64,000 nt of DNA from a virus. Below are positions 36,557-46,900 of this stretch, piece after piece (the first letter of the stretch is position 1; every line of letters starts with the position of its first letter). The DNA lies in the IMG/VR virus record IMGVR_UViG_3300024181_000004, positions 2,329 through 66,328 of that record; one strand, 5' to 3'. The translations under genes were made by a program, and so were the position numbers. The notes under the pieces are model-generated. The model had not been told where the DNA came from and did not search any database. It saw only the letters and a list, made by a program, of their open reading frames with translations.

Positions 36557-37926
36557 GCCACCGGTTCGTTCATTCCCACTCGATGCACGGTCACCTCGAT
36601 GAGTGCAAGGCTCGCTTCCTCCTCATTCAGGAATGGGCCGAACGGCGACCGGAGGCGCAGAACTTCGGATTCGGCCGAACGTTCCACAAGTTCGCGGAGC
36701 TGTACCGCAATCACTGCATCACGCGCCAGCGCCATTCCGACATCGAAATCGTCGGCTCCTTGGTCGATGAAGCGTTCAGTATCACCGGCCACTCGCTCCG
36801 CCACTACGAGGAGATATCGATGCTGGCGCGGCAGTTTGTTGGGAACGAACGCATCGACATCGAGCGGTCCCTGATGCGCGAGGGTGGCATCGCGCTCGAC
36901 GAGAATCTCCATCTTCTGCCGTGGCATCCGGACTTCGAGTACGACTCCCCGATGTTCGCGCATCGCTTCACCGCCTGCGCATGCGCCGACGGCAACACCT
37001 GCGCGAACTGCCGGCTGCCCGGTGACGAGCGGTGCTTGTGGTGCGGCGACACGGCGGACCATCCGCGGCACCTCCTCTTCCTCCGCATGCAGCTCGACGA
37101 GATCCTCATTGACCACGCCTCACACATGGCCATCGTCGATGACTGGAAAACCGACTACCACGCACCGTCGCAGTCGGACATTGAGAAGCCAGAGTTGCGC
37201 TGGTGGAAGCAGGCAATGCAGTACGCCTGGGGCGTCGGCACCTACCTCTATCCCGACGCCATGGCCGTGGAGATTCGATTCAAATTCGTGCGGTGGGGCG
37301 TCACGCGAACGCTGACCATCTTCCGGGATCAGATCGCCGAGTTCGCCGAGGTGCTCACTAAGCGCCTGCGTTTCGTGGAATCGCTGACCGACTTCCCCGC
37401 CACCCCCGGCGAACACTGCCGCACCTGCCCCTTCCTCGAAGGCGCGTGCCCGATCGCGCAGAAGACCACGAAGTATGCCGATGCGATCGAGGACATGGCG
37501 GCACTCCTCATCTACACCGCCGCGGTCCAGGAGGAGCGGCGCGACGCGCTGAAGGGTCACGCCAACGCTGAGGGTTTCATCATGGTCGGCGGCCTGCCGG
37601 TCGCGATCTTCGAGAAGACGGAGAAGCGATTCCTCGACGTCAAGAAGACCATCGAGGCGCTGCGGGCCGAAGGCATCGAAGGGCCAGAGTACCTCCTGAA
37701 CGTCTCGCCATCCGACCTGAAGCGCCTCATTGACCCCGATCAGTTCGCGCGCGTCATCGCCGCCGCCACCGATCACGTCGAGAACGAGGTCGTCTTCAAC
37801 GTGCATCAGAACAAGCCGGAACTGATCTGCCTCGCCGAAGGCCTCGGCATTCCCGAACCGCAAAAGATGAAGGTCGCGCAGCTCGCGCGAGAGATCGCCC
37901 GCGTCACGGCCCAACGCGCCGCGTAG
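36553..37926 (+). CDS. PD-(D/E)XK exonuclease (RecB/Cas4-like)
   Basis: SHS...C..RF, FGRTFH, LDEI...VDDWKT, QY, PGEHCRTC...CP. Confidence 0.85.
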   Translation: MSHRFVHSHSMHGHLDECKARFLLIQEWAERRPEAQNFGFGRTFHKFAELYRNHCITRQRHSDIEIVGSLVDEAFSITGHSLRHYEEISMLARQFVGNERIDIERSLMREGGIALDENLHLLPWHPDFEYDSPMFAHRFTACACADGNTCANCRLPGDERCLWCGDTADHPRHLLFLRMQLDEILIDHASHMAIVDDWKTDYHAPSQSDIEKPELRWWKQAMQYAWGVGTYLYPDAMAVEIRFKFVRWGVTRTLTIFRDQIAEFAEVLTKRLRFVESLTDFPATPGEHCRTCPFLEGACPIAQKTTKYADAIEDMAALLIYTAAVQEERRDALKGHANAEGFIMVGGLPVAIFEKTEKRFLDVKKTIEALRAEGIEGPEYLLNVSPSDLKRLIDPDQFARVIAAATDHVENEVVFNVHQNKPELICLAEGLGIPEPQKMKVAQLAREIARVTAQRAA

Positions 37927-37947
37927 GAACGAAAGGAAAGCAGCCAG

Positions 37948-38196
37948 ATGAGCAAGTCCATCACCGCCGAAGCCGCCGACACCATCCTCGGGGTCCTCGA
38001 CACGCACATCGATACGCTGAAGGAATCGAAGTCGATCGAGGAACTACAGAAACTCTTCGACGCTCGCCGCGAGATCTCGCAGTTCGCGAGCGAAGGAGGC
38101 GACGAGCCGAAGAAGACCAGGCGCTCGACATCTGGCCGCAAACGCGGACTGCCGGCCGCCACCGACGACGAGAGAGGCGCGGGCGCGGAGTCGTAA
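37948..38196 (+). CDS. Hypothetical protein
   Basis: 82 aa with SD-like purine tract upstream. Confidence 0.55.
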   Translation: MSKSITAEAADTILGVLDTHIDTLKESKSIEELQKLFDARREISQFASEGGDEPKKTRRSTSGRKRGLPAATDDERGAGAES

Positions 38197-38871
38197 ATGA
38201 TCAACCGCTGCCTCATCGTCGACACCGAGACGACCGCCCTTGATCCGGCCGCGGGTCGCGTCATTGAGATCGGCGCGATCCTCTACTCGGTTTCGTGCCG
38301 GACGCCGCTGGCGTCGTTCTCCGCACTCCTTCCCGGTGAGACCAACGAGGCGGAGAAGATCAACCGCATCCCGGATGCCGCGCTCCGCGAGATGACCGCG
38401 CTCGATCTCGACCTGAAGGCAACGCTCGCCCTGATGCGCTCGCACGCCCAGGTGATTGTCGCGCACCACGCGGAGCTCGACCGCCAATGGTTCCGCGGCG
38501 AATGGCTCGCGCCGCCATGGCTTTGCACCGCGTTCGATTTCGCCTGGCCGAACGCGACGCGCGAGGCCGGGAGCCTGATTCACCTGGCGCTCGAGCACGG
38601 GATCGGCGTCTCGTCGGCGCATCGGGCGATCAACGACTGCCAACTCATCGCCGCCCTTTTCGACCGGATGAACGATCTCCCGGCGATGTTCGACCGCGCG
38701 ATGCGCCCCAAGGCGATCTTCCAGGCCATTGTTCCATTCGAGGAGAAGGACAAGGCGAAGGACGCCGGATTCAAGTGGGACGGCGCGACGAAGAAGTGGA
38801 CGCGGCGCATGGCCATCGAAGATGCCGCGGGGCTTCCGTTCAAGACGCTGCTCCTGCAGGAGGTCGCGTAG
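38197..38871 (+). CDS. DEDDh 3'-5' exonuclease (DnaQ-like) with C-terminal DUF5710-like domain
   Basis: VDTETT, AHHAELD, HRAIND; FEEKDKAKDAGFKWD. Confidence 0.9.
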   Translation: MINRCLIVDTETTALDPAAGRVIEIGAILYSVSCRTPLASFSALLPGETNEAEKINRIPDAALREMTALDLDLKATLALMRSHAQVIVAHHAELDRQWFRGEWLAPPWLCTAFDFAWPNATREAGSLIHLALEHGIGVSSAHRAINDCQLIAALFDRMNDLPAMFDRAMRPKAIFQAIVPFEEKDKAKDAGFKWDGATKKWTRRMAIEDAAGLPFKTLLLQEVA

Positions 38872-39084
38872 ATGCCGACCGCCACCCCAATCCGCCGCTG
38901 CTGCGTCGCCGAAGGCGCGACCACGCAGCGTGAGACGTACCGCTTCGCCCGAACCTACTTGCGCAACTGCGCGACACACCTCGCGCTGTGGGACGCGGCT
39001 GATGCTGCGGCGCACCGCGGCGGTGAATGTCCGTTCGCGCCGGCGAAGTGTCAGCGGTGCTCGGCCGCGAAGGAGGTCGCGTAG
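38872..39084 (+). CDS. Small Cys-rich protein
   Basis: Flanked by identical 17-bp junction repeats. Confidence 0.5.
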   Translation: MPTATPIRRCCVAEGATTQRETYRFARTYLRNCATHLALWDAADAAAHRGGECPFAPAKCQRCSAAKEVA

Positions 39085-40062
39085 ATGGCCGCGACTCTCA
39101 CCAACCAATCGATGAACGGCAAGCGGGTCTACGTCGTGCCGGCAAAGTCCGTCCTGAACATGAAGAGCGGCTTCCGTCACAAGCTCCTCTGCGACGGACC
39201 GACGTTCACCGCTGGCTCCGCGTGCACGTTCTCTTGCAAGTTCTGCTACGTCGAGGACCTGATGCGGAAGTCGCCGCACATGCAGGGCGTCGACCAGCCG
39301 CACGAGGACGTCGTGATCCGCCGCGAAGGCGCGATCGAGGCGCTGCGTCGGCAACTCACCCACGGCAACAGTGGCAAGCCGAAGTACCTCGACCCGGCCG
39401 ACCAGCGCGTGCTCTACATGTCGCCGCTGGTCGACGTCGCCGGCAACATCATCCTGCGCGACGAGACGATCGAGGTGTGCAAGTTGATCCTCGAGCTGAC
39501 CCACTGGCACATCCGGATTCTGTCGAAGTCGAATCTGCTGCCGTCGATCGCCCAGGCGCTCAGCCAGCACCGCGGACGCTTGATCTTCGGCGTCTCCACG
39601 GGGACGCTCGACGACTCGCTGGCCAAGAGCTTCGAGGTTGGAACGGCGCTCGTCTCGAAGCGGCTGGAGTCGCTGCGCTGGCTTCAGGACAACGGCTACC
39701 GAACCTTCGGGATGATCTGCCCGTCGTTGCCGCAAGGCGACTATGAGCATTTCGCCCGCGAGATGCGCGATGCAATTCGGGCCGACCGCTGCGAGCATGT
39801 GTGGGCCGAGGTGATGAACGTGCGCGGCGATAGCCTGGTGCGCACGGTCGACGCCCTGCGCGCCGCAGGCTATAGCGCTGACGCCGACAGGCTCCACTCA
39901 GTCTCGACCGATCAGGATGCGTGGGAGACCTACTCGCGCGCCACGTTCGAGGCCCACGCGCCGCTCTATCAGTCCGGTCAACTTCGCTTCCTCCAGTACA
40001 TCACCAAGGCGACGCGGCCGTGGTGGGAGACGCATGTCGCGCGAGGGGCGGTGCTGTTGTGA
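39085..40062 (+). CDS. Radical SAM protein (spore photoproduct lyase-like)
   Basis: CTFSCKFCY (CxxxCxxC), ILSKS, FEVGT...SKRLESL..L...G, ICP. Confidence 0.85.
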   Translation: MAATLTNQSMNGKRVYVVPAKSVLNMKSGFRHKLLCDGPTFTAGSACTFSCKFCYVEDLMRKSPHMQGVDQPHEDVVIRREGAIEALRRQLTHGNSGKPKYLDPADQRVLYMSPLVDVAGNIILRDETIEVCKLILELTHWHIRILSKSNLLPSIAQALSQHRGRLIFGVSTGTLDDSLAKSFEVGTALVSKRLESLRWLQDNGYRTFGMICPSLPQGDYEHFAREMRDAIRADRCEHVWAEVMNVRGDSLVRTVDALRAAGYSADADRLHSVSTDQDAWETYSRATFEAHAPLYQSGQLRFLQYITKATRPWWETHVARGAVLL

Positions 40063-40292
40063 GCACAACTCGCACGATTCGAATCGCCTATATCTCCACC
40101 GATGCGGAGCGGGCCATCGTCGAACTGATTGGCTCACGATTCCGCTGCTTCGGTGGCGGACGAACCAGCGGCGCCGAGTTCAATCCGCTCGTCGAGTGGA
40201 CGAAGGATGAGGCGCTGCAGTTCGCCGCCGGCGTGGACGTCGCCGAGGTGGTTCGCTTTGTCCTTGAGCAAGCTGGGGTGAAGCGTGGCTGA
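40059..40292 (+). CDS. Hypothetical protein
   Basis: GTGA overlap. Confidence 0.5.
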   Translation: MSTTRTIRIAYISTDAERAIVELIGSRFRCFGGGRTSGAEFNPLVEWTKDEALQFAAGVDVAEVVRFVLEQAGVKRG

Positions 40293-40866
40293 CCATCGCA
40301 CCCGCCTCCACCGCATCTCCGAGGACATGAAGAAGTGCGGCGTGGTGCGCACGGTCGGCATCGCTTTCGGCCGCCCGTGCGTACACGGCACGGGTATTCC
40401 CATCGAGTCGCTGGCCTGCAACTTCCGTGGTGGTGACTTGGTTCGGCGCATCGCATTCAACTTCGAGCTGACGCCGCTGCAGGTCATGAAGGCGCTCCGC
40501 TTCCTGATGCTCTATCCGAAGTGCGACCTTCCGAGTTTCTGGAAGGGGCTGCCCGATCAGATGCCGCCAGAGGAGGGAATGTCTGAACGCATCGGTCTTG
40601 CCCGTCGCATTGCCTTCTATCTCGCCACCGACCCGATGCCGTGGCCGACCCTTGGTGATATCGCCGACGCGCTCGGACAGCGGACGGGAACGGCCATGGG
40701 CGAGCGTCTTCGTGAAGCCCGCGGCTACTACAAATTCGAGATCAATTGCATCGATGTTGGCGAGGGTGAGGCAAAGACGTTCCGCTACTACATGAGCGCC
40801 GAGGAGCAGTCGCGCGTCCGCAAGATGCCGGACTTCAAGGCGTGGCGGTCGGGGATCGCAGCATGA
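40285..40866 (+). CDS. DUF433-domain protein with second HTH-like domain
   Basis: FGRPCVHGTGIPIESL...FELTPLQVMKALRF. Confidence 0.7.
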   Translation: MADHRTRLHRISEDMKKCGVVRTVGIAFGRPCVHGTGIPIESLACNFRGGDLVRRIAFNFELTPLQVMKALRFLMLYPKCDLPSFWKGLPDQMPPEEGMSERIGLARRIAFYLATDPMPWPTLGDIADALGQRTGTAMGERLREARGYYKFEINCIDVGEGEAKTFRYYMSAEEQSRVRKMPDFKAWRSGIAA

Positions 40867-41312
40867 CCACCATCGACATCAAGAATGCGGCGACGGACTC
40901 CCCGCGCCACCTTGGCGAACCTTCCCCGCGGCGTGGGTCTATCTCGCTGGTCCGCCGTATCGTCGCCACGGCGGCCCAGCACGTTGCGCGAGCACGCGCC
41001 TGGCTGCGCGAGTTCGTCGCGGCCGTTCGCGAATTCGTCCGCGGCGAAATACCGGAGGCGTTCATCGGAGAACGGCGCGGCTACTGGCACCCCCGCTGCC
41101 GCTTCTGCGGCGACGTTCACGACCGCGGGGAGATCTGCCCGAATCTATGGATCGGTGAGTGCGACCTGTGCGTTGCGACCGTCCCGCTCGATCAGTTCCG
41201 AAACTGCGCACGCGCCGGCGCGAGGTGGCGGTTCCATACCATCACGCGGCGCCGGCGGTACGTGCCACCTCATGAACAACACGAGGAGGTGATCCATGCG
41301 ATAGCGCGTTGA
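40863..41312 (+). CDS. Hypothetical zinc-ribbon protein
   Basis: CRFC..H...C, CDLC. Confidence 0.5.
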   Translation: MTTIDIKNAATDSPRHLGEPSPRRGSISLVRRIVATAAQHVARARAWLREFVAAVREFVRGEIPEAFIGERRGYWHPRCRFCGDVHDRGEICPNLWIGECDLCVATVPLDQFRNCARAGARWRFHTITRRRRYVPPHEQHEEVIHAIAR

Positions 41313-41400
41313 TCGGCAACTTCAAGGAGCCGCCGCGCTTCGAAGACCCGCGGCGCCTCCTCGAATCGGCCGGTTCGACAAAAGGAAAAGGAGTCACGCC

Positions 41401-41772
41401 ATGACGCAGACAACAGCGCCAGCAGAAACGATCACCTTCGAACTGCTGGAGCAGATGATTCAAACCCGTTTCGAGGGAGTCACCACGCCGCTCAAGCAGA
41501 CGATCGAGAACGCTCTGCAGGTCGCCGTGGCCGCGGTCTCGCGGCATTCGAAGCCAGCCTCGATGTCGATCCGCATCGACCTCAGCCCCGAGGACGACGG
41601 ACAGATCGACATCTTCGCGGACGTCGACGTGAAGCTCCCGAAGCCGAAGCCCACTCCCGTGCGCCTCTACGGCACGAAGAAGGGCGACCTATTCACCGAC
41701 GACCCGGACATGGTGCAGCCGCAGGGCATGTTCGGCGCCAAACCGACACCAGTCGCACAAGGAGGGAAGTAG
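41401..41772 (+). CDS. Conserved phage protein (partner of DUF2303-like gene)
   Basis: DVKLPKP...LYGTKKGDLFTDDP pattern; SD AAGGAG. Confidence 0.6.
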   Translation: MTQTTAPAETITFELLEQMIQTRFEGVTTPLKQTIENALQVAVAAVSRHSKPASMSIRIDLSPEDDGQIDIFADVDVKLPKPKPTPVRLYGTKKGDLFTDDPDMVQPQGMFGAKPTPVAQGGK

Positions 41773-41775
41773 CCC

Positions 41776-42597
41776 ATGCAACAGATCGATCCCGAAAACC
41801 TCGGCATCATCGCGGAAGCGATCCACCACGTTCAGGCGACATCGACAGCCGAAGCCCGCGATTCGCTCATCACACTCGCCGACGGCCGGCAGTTCCTCTA
41901 CGACGACTCCGAGCAAAAGTATGGCGAGATCGAGCGCTTCGTGAAGCTCGAAGGCTCGGTCTCGACCGTCGAGTCGTTCGCCGAGCTCGTCGCCGAATAC
42001 GCGAAGCGCCTCGGTGTTCCGACCGGCAAACAGCAGACCGTCACCTTCACCTCCGCCGGCGCGACGTACTCACCCGACGACGAGGACCGCCGCCATCTCT
42101 TCAAGTACGGCCGCGTGCTCTCGCAGCAGTGGGAAGCGTTGAAGGCGGTGCTCGGCAAGCCGCTCAGCCACAAGGAGCTGATTCGCGCTCTCCAGACGCT
42201 CTCGCCGTCGATCGTTGACTACGCGCTCGTCATGGCGTCGTTCCGCCGGCTGATCGTTTCGAAGGATGTGCGCCTCGCGTCCGAGCCGATCCTCAACGCC
42301 GAGGGCGACAGCCAGAACGGCTACAACGTCCAGCTCTCCATCAAGGGCGGCACCTCCGAAACGACGCTGCCATCTGCCATCGAAGTGAAGGTGCAGTACG
42401 CGCGCGCCAGCGAAGCGACGTACACGGTGCCGGTCGAAGTCGACCTGTCCGACAGGGAGGGTGTGCCGGTGATCACGCTCTTCGCGCCGACGCTCCCCGC
42501 GATCGCCGACCAGGCCGTGCTCGACGAGATGAAGTACTTCGACGAGACGATGGATGCGAGCGGTCTCAAGGAACTGCTTACCGTCGTCAACTTCTGA
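41776..42597 (+). CDS. DUF2303/YfdQ-like protein
   Basis: VSTVESFAELV, LSQQWEAL, LPSAIEVKV pattern; paired with the upstream gene. Confidence 0.6.
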   Translation: MQQIDPENLGIIAEAIHHVQATSTAEARDSLITLADGRQFLYDDSEQKYGEIERFVKLEGSVSTVESFAELVAEYAKRLGVPTGKQQTVTFTSAGATYSPDDEDRRHLFKYGRVLSQQWEALKAVLGKPLSHKELIRALQTLSPSIVDYALVMASFRRLIVSKDVRLASEPILNAEGDSQNGYNVQLSIKGGTSETTLPSAIEVKVQYARASEATYTVPVEVDLSDREGVPVITLFAPTLPAIADQAVLDEMKYFDETMDASGLKELLTVVNF

Positions 42598-42706
42598 AAA
42601 CCACGAAGGGGAGCGCGCGGCCGGCCGCCATGACGATCGCGCGCTGCTGTTCCCCGCTGCCGTGGCCGGCACCGCGGCGGCGGTCCGGCCCATGTGAGGA
42701 GACGAG

Positions 42707-42901
42707 ATGGAGACAGAGCACATCATGCAGTTCTTCGCCTACGAACACCTGCCGGCGCACCTGCAGGTCGTCTCAAAGCCGTTCGGCGACATGGAGGCGT
42801 GGATCGTCGAGACGATTCCCCGCAACCCTGAGCGGACCGTCGCGCTTCGCAAACTACTGGAAGCGAAAGACGCGGCCGTGCGCGCCGTCCTGGCGAAGTG
42901 A
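42707..42901 (+). CDS. Small helical-hairpin protein, candidate Acb2/Tad1-like sponge
   Basis: FAYEHLPAHLQVVSKPF...P.NPERTVALRKLLEAKDAAVRA; family link recalled, not verified. Confidence 0.5.
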   Translation: METEHIMQFFAYEHLPAHLQVVSKPFGDMEAWIVETIPRNPERTVALRKLLEAKDAAVRAVLAK

Positions 42902-42911
42902 GGTGGCGCCG

Positions 42912-43229
42912 ATGAACGCACTTCAGATCGACCCGAAGTACAGCATCCGCGTAGTTATGCGGCCAATCACAGGTGATGATGATTCGCCGCGCATCGAGAT
43001 CGTCAACCTCTCCGGCGTCCCTATCCCCGACGACGAGCCGCTGATCCTCTTCCGCGCGCGGGATTACCTCGCCCTGCCGATGCTCATGCGCTACATGGAG
43101 TTGGCGAGAGAAGACGGCTGCACGGACTTTCACCTTGCGGGTATCGACAACCGCATCAGGGAATTCACGCGCTTCAAAGTCGAGCATCCCGAGCGGATGA
43201 AGCAGCCGGGCGTGACGAGGGGTGTATGA
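42912..43229 (+). CDS. Small conserved phage protein, candidate Acb4-like sponge
   Basis: Real start ATG 42912; PKY...IPDDEPLILFRARD...MKQP; family link recalled, not verified. Confidence 0.4.
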   Translation: MNALQIDPKYSIRVVMRPITGDDDSPRIEIVNLSGVPIPDDEPLILFRARDYLALPMLMRYMELAREDGCTDFHLAGIDNRIREFTRFKVEHPERMKQPGVTRGV

Positions 43230-43567
43230 CCAACTCTTCCCGCCACCGCCAGACCCGCAACGCCGCGCGCATCGTCCGTTGGCTCATCGCCCACAAGATC
43301 GGAACGGGCGAACCGCTCACGCCGACAGGCGCCTCATCGGTCGCACGTGACGCCTTCGTTCCCGATCTCGCCGCCATGCGGGAGGAGGGAATCGCCTGGC
43401 ACCTCGTGGCCGAATGGATGAACAAGCGGCGGCCGACGGTGGCGGCGGTGAAGACGTATTACCGCGGCCGGTACCACGCCGCGCATCCGTCGGACGGCCC
43501 AGGCTCTTTCCCTCCGCCTGATTGCGTCTGTCAACTCCGCGAGGCGCTCGGCCTGGAGGTCGCGTAA
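43226..43567 (+). CDS. Hypothetical protein
   Basis: Coupled ORF ending in EVA. Confidence 0.5.
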   Translation: MTNSSRHRQTRNAARIVRWLIAHKIGTGEPLTPTGASSVARDAFVPDLAAMREEGIAWHLVAEWMNKRRPTVAAVKTYYRGRYHAAHPSDGPGSFPPPDCVCQLREALGLEVA

Positions 43568-43771
43568 ATGGCCGACATCGAGATCAGCATGTTCGACCTC
43601 AAGCGCGGCGAGAAGTCGCTCAGCCTTCTGCTGGAGCTGTTCGATTCCTCCGATCGCCCAAGCGAGCAATCAGCGCTGGTGGCAAACGCCCGCGACATTC
43701 ACGCGATCGTCGAGCAACTGATCGAGGCGGCGGATGAGGACGTAACGGCGACCGTGAGGTTCACGCCATGA
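43568..43771 (+). CDS. Hypothetical protein
   Basis: SD GGAGGT; coupled. Confidence 0.55.
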   Translation: MADIEISMFDLKRGEKSLSLLLELFDSSDRPSEQSALVANARDIHAIVEQLIEAADEDVTATVRFTP

Positions 43772-43935
43772 CGCCGCACCTTTATCACCAATGCCCCTGC
43801 ATCGCCTCGCAGAACGGCAAGCCCCACTGTGGAGTCCGTGGAATCAATGGAGTCTGCGGACGCAAAGCCGAGGACCCGATTCATTCGGTCGTGAAGGATG
43901 AGCCGGCGGAGAAGAGGGAGGGCGTCGCAGCATGA
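43768..43935 (+). CDS. Small Cys/His-rich protein
   Basis: Hand-translated; ATGA overlaps on both sides. Confidence 0.4.
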   Translation: MTPHLYHQCPCIASQNGKPHCGVRGINGVCGRKAEDPIHSVVKDEPAEKREGVAA

Positions 43936-46900
43936 CGGCACTGCCACAGGAGCCGCGGCGCCGCGCGCGCGCAACGAGGCGAGAACACCGCAGGGCGCAG
44001 CTTCGCATCCTCGGCGTTCATCGCTCACGACTTCGGCCAGGTGAGATCGGGGTCGATCTCTTCGCCGGCGGCGGTGGCTACAGCGAGGGTTACCAGCGCG
44101 CCGTCGGTCAGCCGCCAGCGGTCGCCGTCAATCACGACGCGCACGCCATCGCGATGCACACGCTCAACCATCCCGAAGCGGAGCATTGGCTCGAGGATGT
44201 CTTCCACGTCGACCCGCACGGCGCGTGCCGCGGTCGACTCGTCGGCGTGCTGCACGGCTCTCCCGATTGCACGCACTTCTCCAAGGCCAAGGGCGATGTG
44301 CCGAAGTCCAAGAAGATTCGCGGGCTCGCGTGGGCAATCGTTCGTTGGGCCGCGGAGGTATCGCCGCGCATCGTCTCCCTGGAAAACGTCGAGGAGTTCC
44401 TATCTTGGGGCCCCCTCAATCGAGACGGACGTCCGATCAAGCGGCGCGCCGGAGAGACCTTCCACGCGTTCGTCGCCTGCCTGACCACCGGCTTGCGCGC
44501 GGGGCACGCGGCCTATGCCGACATGCGCTCAGCACTCGTCGGTGAACCTCCGGTGCCGTGCACGAAGCATCCGAAGCGGCGCCGCCGCTCGTGCGATGCG
44601 TGCACCGCGTTCGCCACGTCTGACTATCCGCGCATGCCGCTCGCCCGCTATCGCGCCGTGGTGAAGGCGTGCCAGCGCGGTCTCGGCTACGACATCGAAT
44701 GGCGCTCGCTCCGCGCCTGCGACTACGGCGCGCCGACATCGCGGAAGCGCTTGTACGTCGTCGGCCGGCGGGACGGCGAGCCGATTTGCTGGCCGGCGCC
44801 GACGCACGGCCCGAAGACGCGCAAGCCGTATCGCACCGCGGCGGAGTGCATCGACTGGAAAGACCTGGGCGTCTCGATCTTCCTTGAAGGAGACGAGGCG
44901 CGCACGTTCGGCGTCAAGCGGCCACTCGCCATCGCGACGCAGCGCCGGATCGCCGAGGGCATTCGCCGTTACGTCCTCGACAACCCGCGGCCGTTCCTCG
45001 TGCCGTACCACAGCGCCAGGCGCCCCGAGGAGACGCCGCGCACTCACGACGTCGCGGACCCGCTCCCGACCCAGACCGTCGAGAACCGTTTCGCGGTAGT
45101 GACGCCGACGCTGATGAGCAACAACACCAACAACGCTCCGCACGACGTCGACGAACCGCTCGGCACGATCACGACGGGCAACCGGCACTTCCTGGTCGCG
45201 CCGCATCTGGTCGGCGCCGGCGGGCCCGCGCAGTCAGGGACACCGACAAGCGTAGACAAACCACTCGGTACGGTGATGCCGGAGAACAACCGCTGCGTCG
45301 TCGCTCCGATCCTCACGACGGCGAACGGCCACGGCTTCGATGCCGAGGGCGGCGCACCGACCGCGCCGGCAGACCGACCGATGCGGACCGTCATCACCAA
45401 GGATTCAAAGGCCCTCGTCTCACCCCAACTGCTGAACCTCTCGCACGGCGGGCGAACCGAGCCCGCGGATGAGCCGCTCAACACCATCACCGCGACGCCG
45501 AAGGGCGGAGACCGCGCGCTCGTCGCTCCGCAGCTCCTCAACATCACGCACGGGAGTCCGGCCGAGTCGATCGAGAAGCCGATGCGCACGGTCACCGCCG
45601 CTCATCGCGGTGAGAAGGCGCTCATCGCACCGGTGCTCGCGCGGACCGCTCACGGCGAGCAGGGAAAGAACGGCAGGAAGCGCCGCGGCCGCGGTGCTCA
45701 TCCGGTTGACGAAACGCTGCCGACCGTGACCGGCTCCAACGACATGGCTATGGTCGCTCCCACGCTCATCCGGACAGACATGCAGTCCGATGGTCATCTG
45801 CGCGGCATTGGCAGCGTGGAGGAGCCGCTCCGGACCATCACCACGAATGGCGGTCACGCCGTCATCGCGCCGACGCTCATTCAGACGAGTTACGGCGAGC
45901 GCGAGGGGCAGGCGCCGCGCGTGCTCGATCTCCATGAACCGCTTGGGACAGTCGTTGCGCAGGGCCAGAAGCATGGCCTCGTAGAAACAACGCTGATCCC
46001 CGAGGAGGCCGCGACCGGCTTCATCTCAAAGTACTACAGCGATCAAGGTCAGCGGCCCGGTACGACGCTCGATGAACCGCTCAGCACCGTCACCACCTAC
46101 GACCACAACGCGCTCATCACGGCGAAGCTCGGTCACGAGGACGACGTCGCCGCCTTCCTGGTCCGCAACAACACCGGCATGACGGCGCGCGACCTCAAGG
46201 AAGTGCTGCCGACCGTGTGCGCCAGGGAAACCATGTCGCTCGGCGTCGCGCACATCACCAAGTTCAACACCGGGAGTGTGGGCTCCGCCATCGACGAGCC
46301 GGTGCCGACAATCACTGGCGGCGGTGGTGCGACGCGGCCGGCTGGCGCAGCGCACGGCCTCGGCGTCGTTACAGCGCACGTCATCACGCACAACGGGAAG
46401 TCCATCGGCTCGCCGGCGGAGGCACCGCTGCCGACCGTCACCGCCGGCGGCATGGATCACCAAGGCGTCGTCGCCACCCACATCACGAAGTTCAACGGGA
46501 CATCCGAGCACGGCGCGCCGATCGACGATCCACTCCACACAGTGACCGCCGGCGGCGGCAGGGGCGGCGGCCATCTCGGCGTAGCCGCAGTCCACATGGA
46601 GAAGTTCTACGGCGAGGGTGGCCAGTGGAGCGGCGCCGACGAGCCGATGCACACGCTCACGACGAAGGACCGGATCGCGCTCGTCGCCGCCTTCCTGCGC
46701 CGCCACAACGTCATCACCGACGACCGCGAGTTCGTCAGCGTCCAGATCGACGGCGAGACCTTCGTTCTCTACGACATCGCGATGCGAATGCTCCAGCCGC
46801 GAGAGTTGGCGCGCGCCCAGGGATTCCCCGACAGCTACAAGCTGACCGGCACCAAGTCGCAGCAGGTGGCGCGCGTCGGCAACAGCGTGTGCCCGGACGT

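Noticed and set aside
36553-37926. CRISPR-associated Cas4
   Set aside because: No repeat-spacer array or other cas genes seen; context is a phage recombination module
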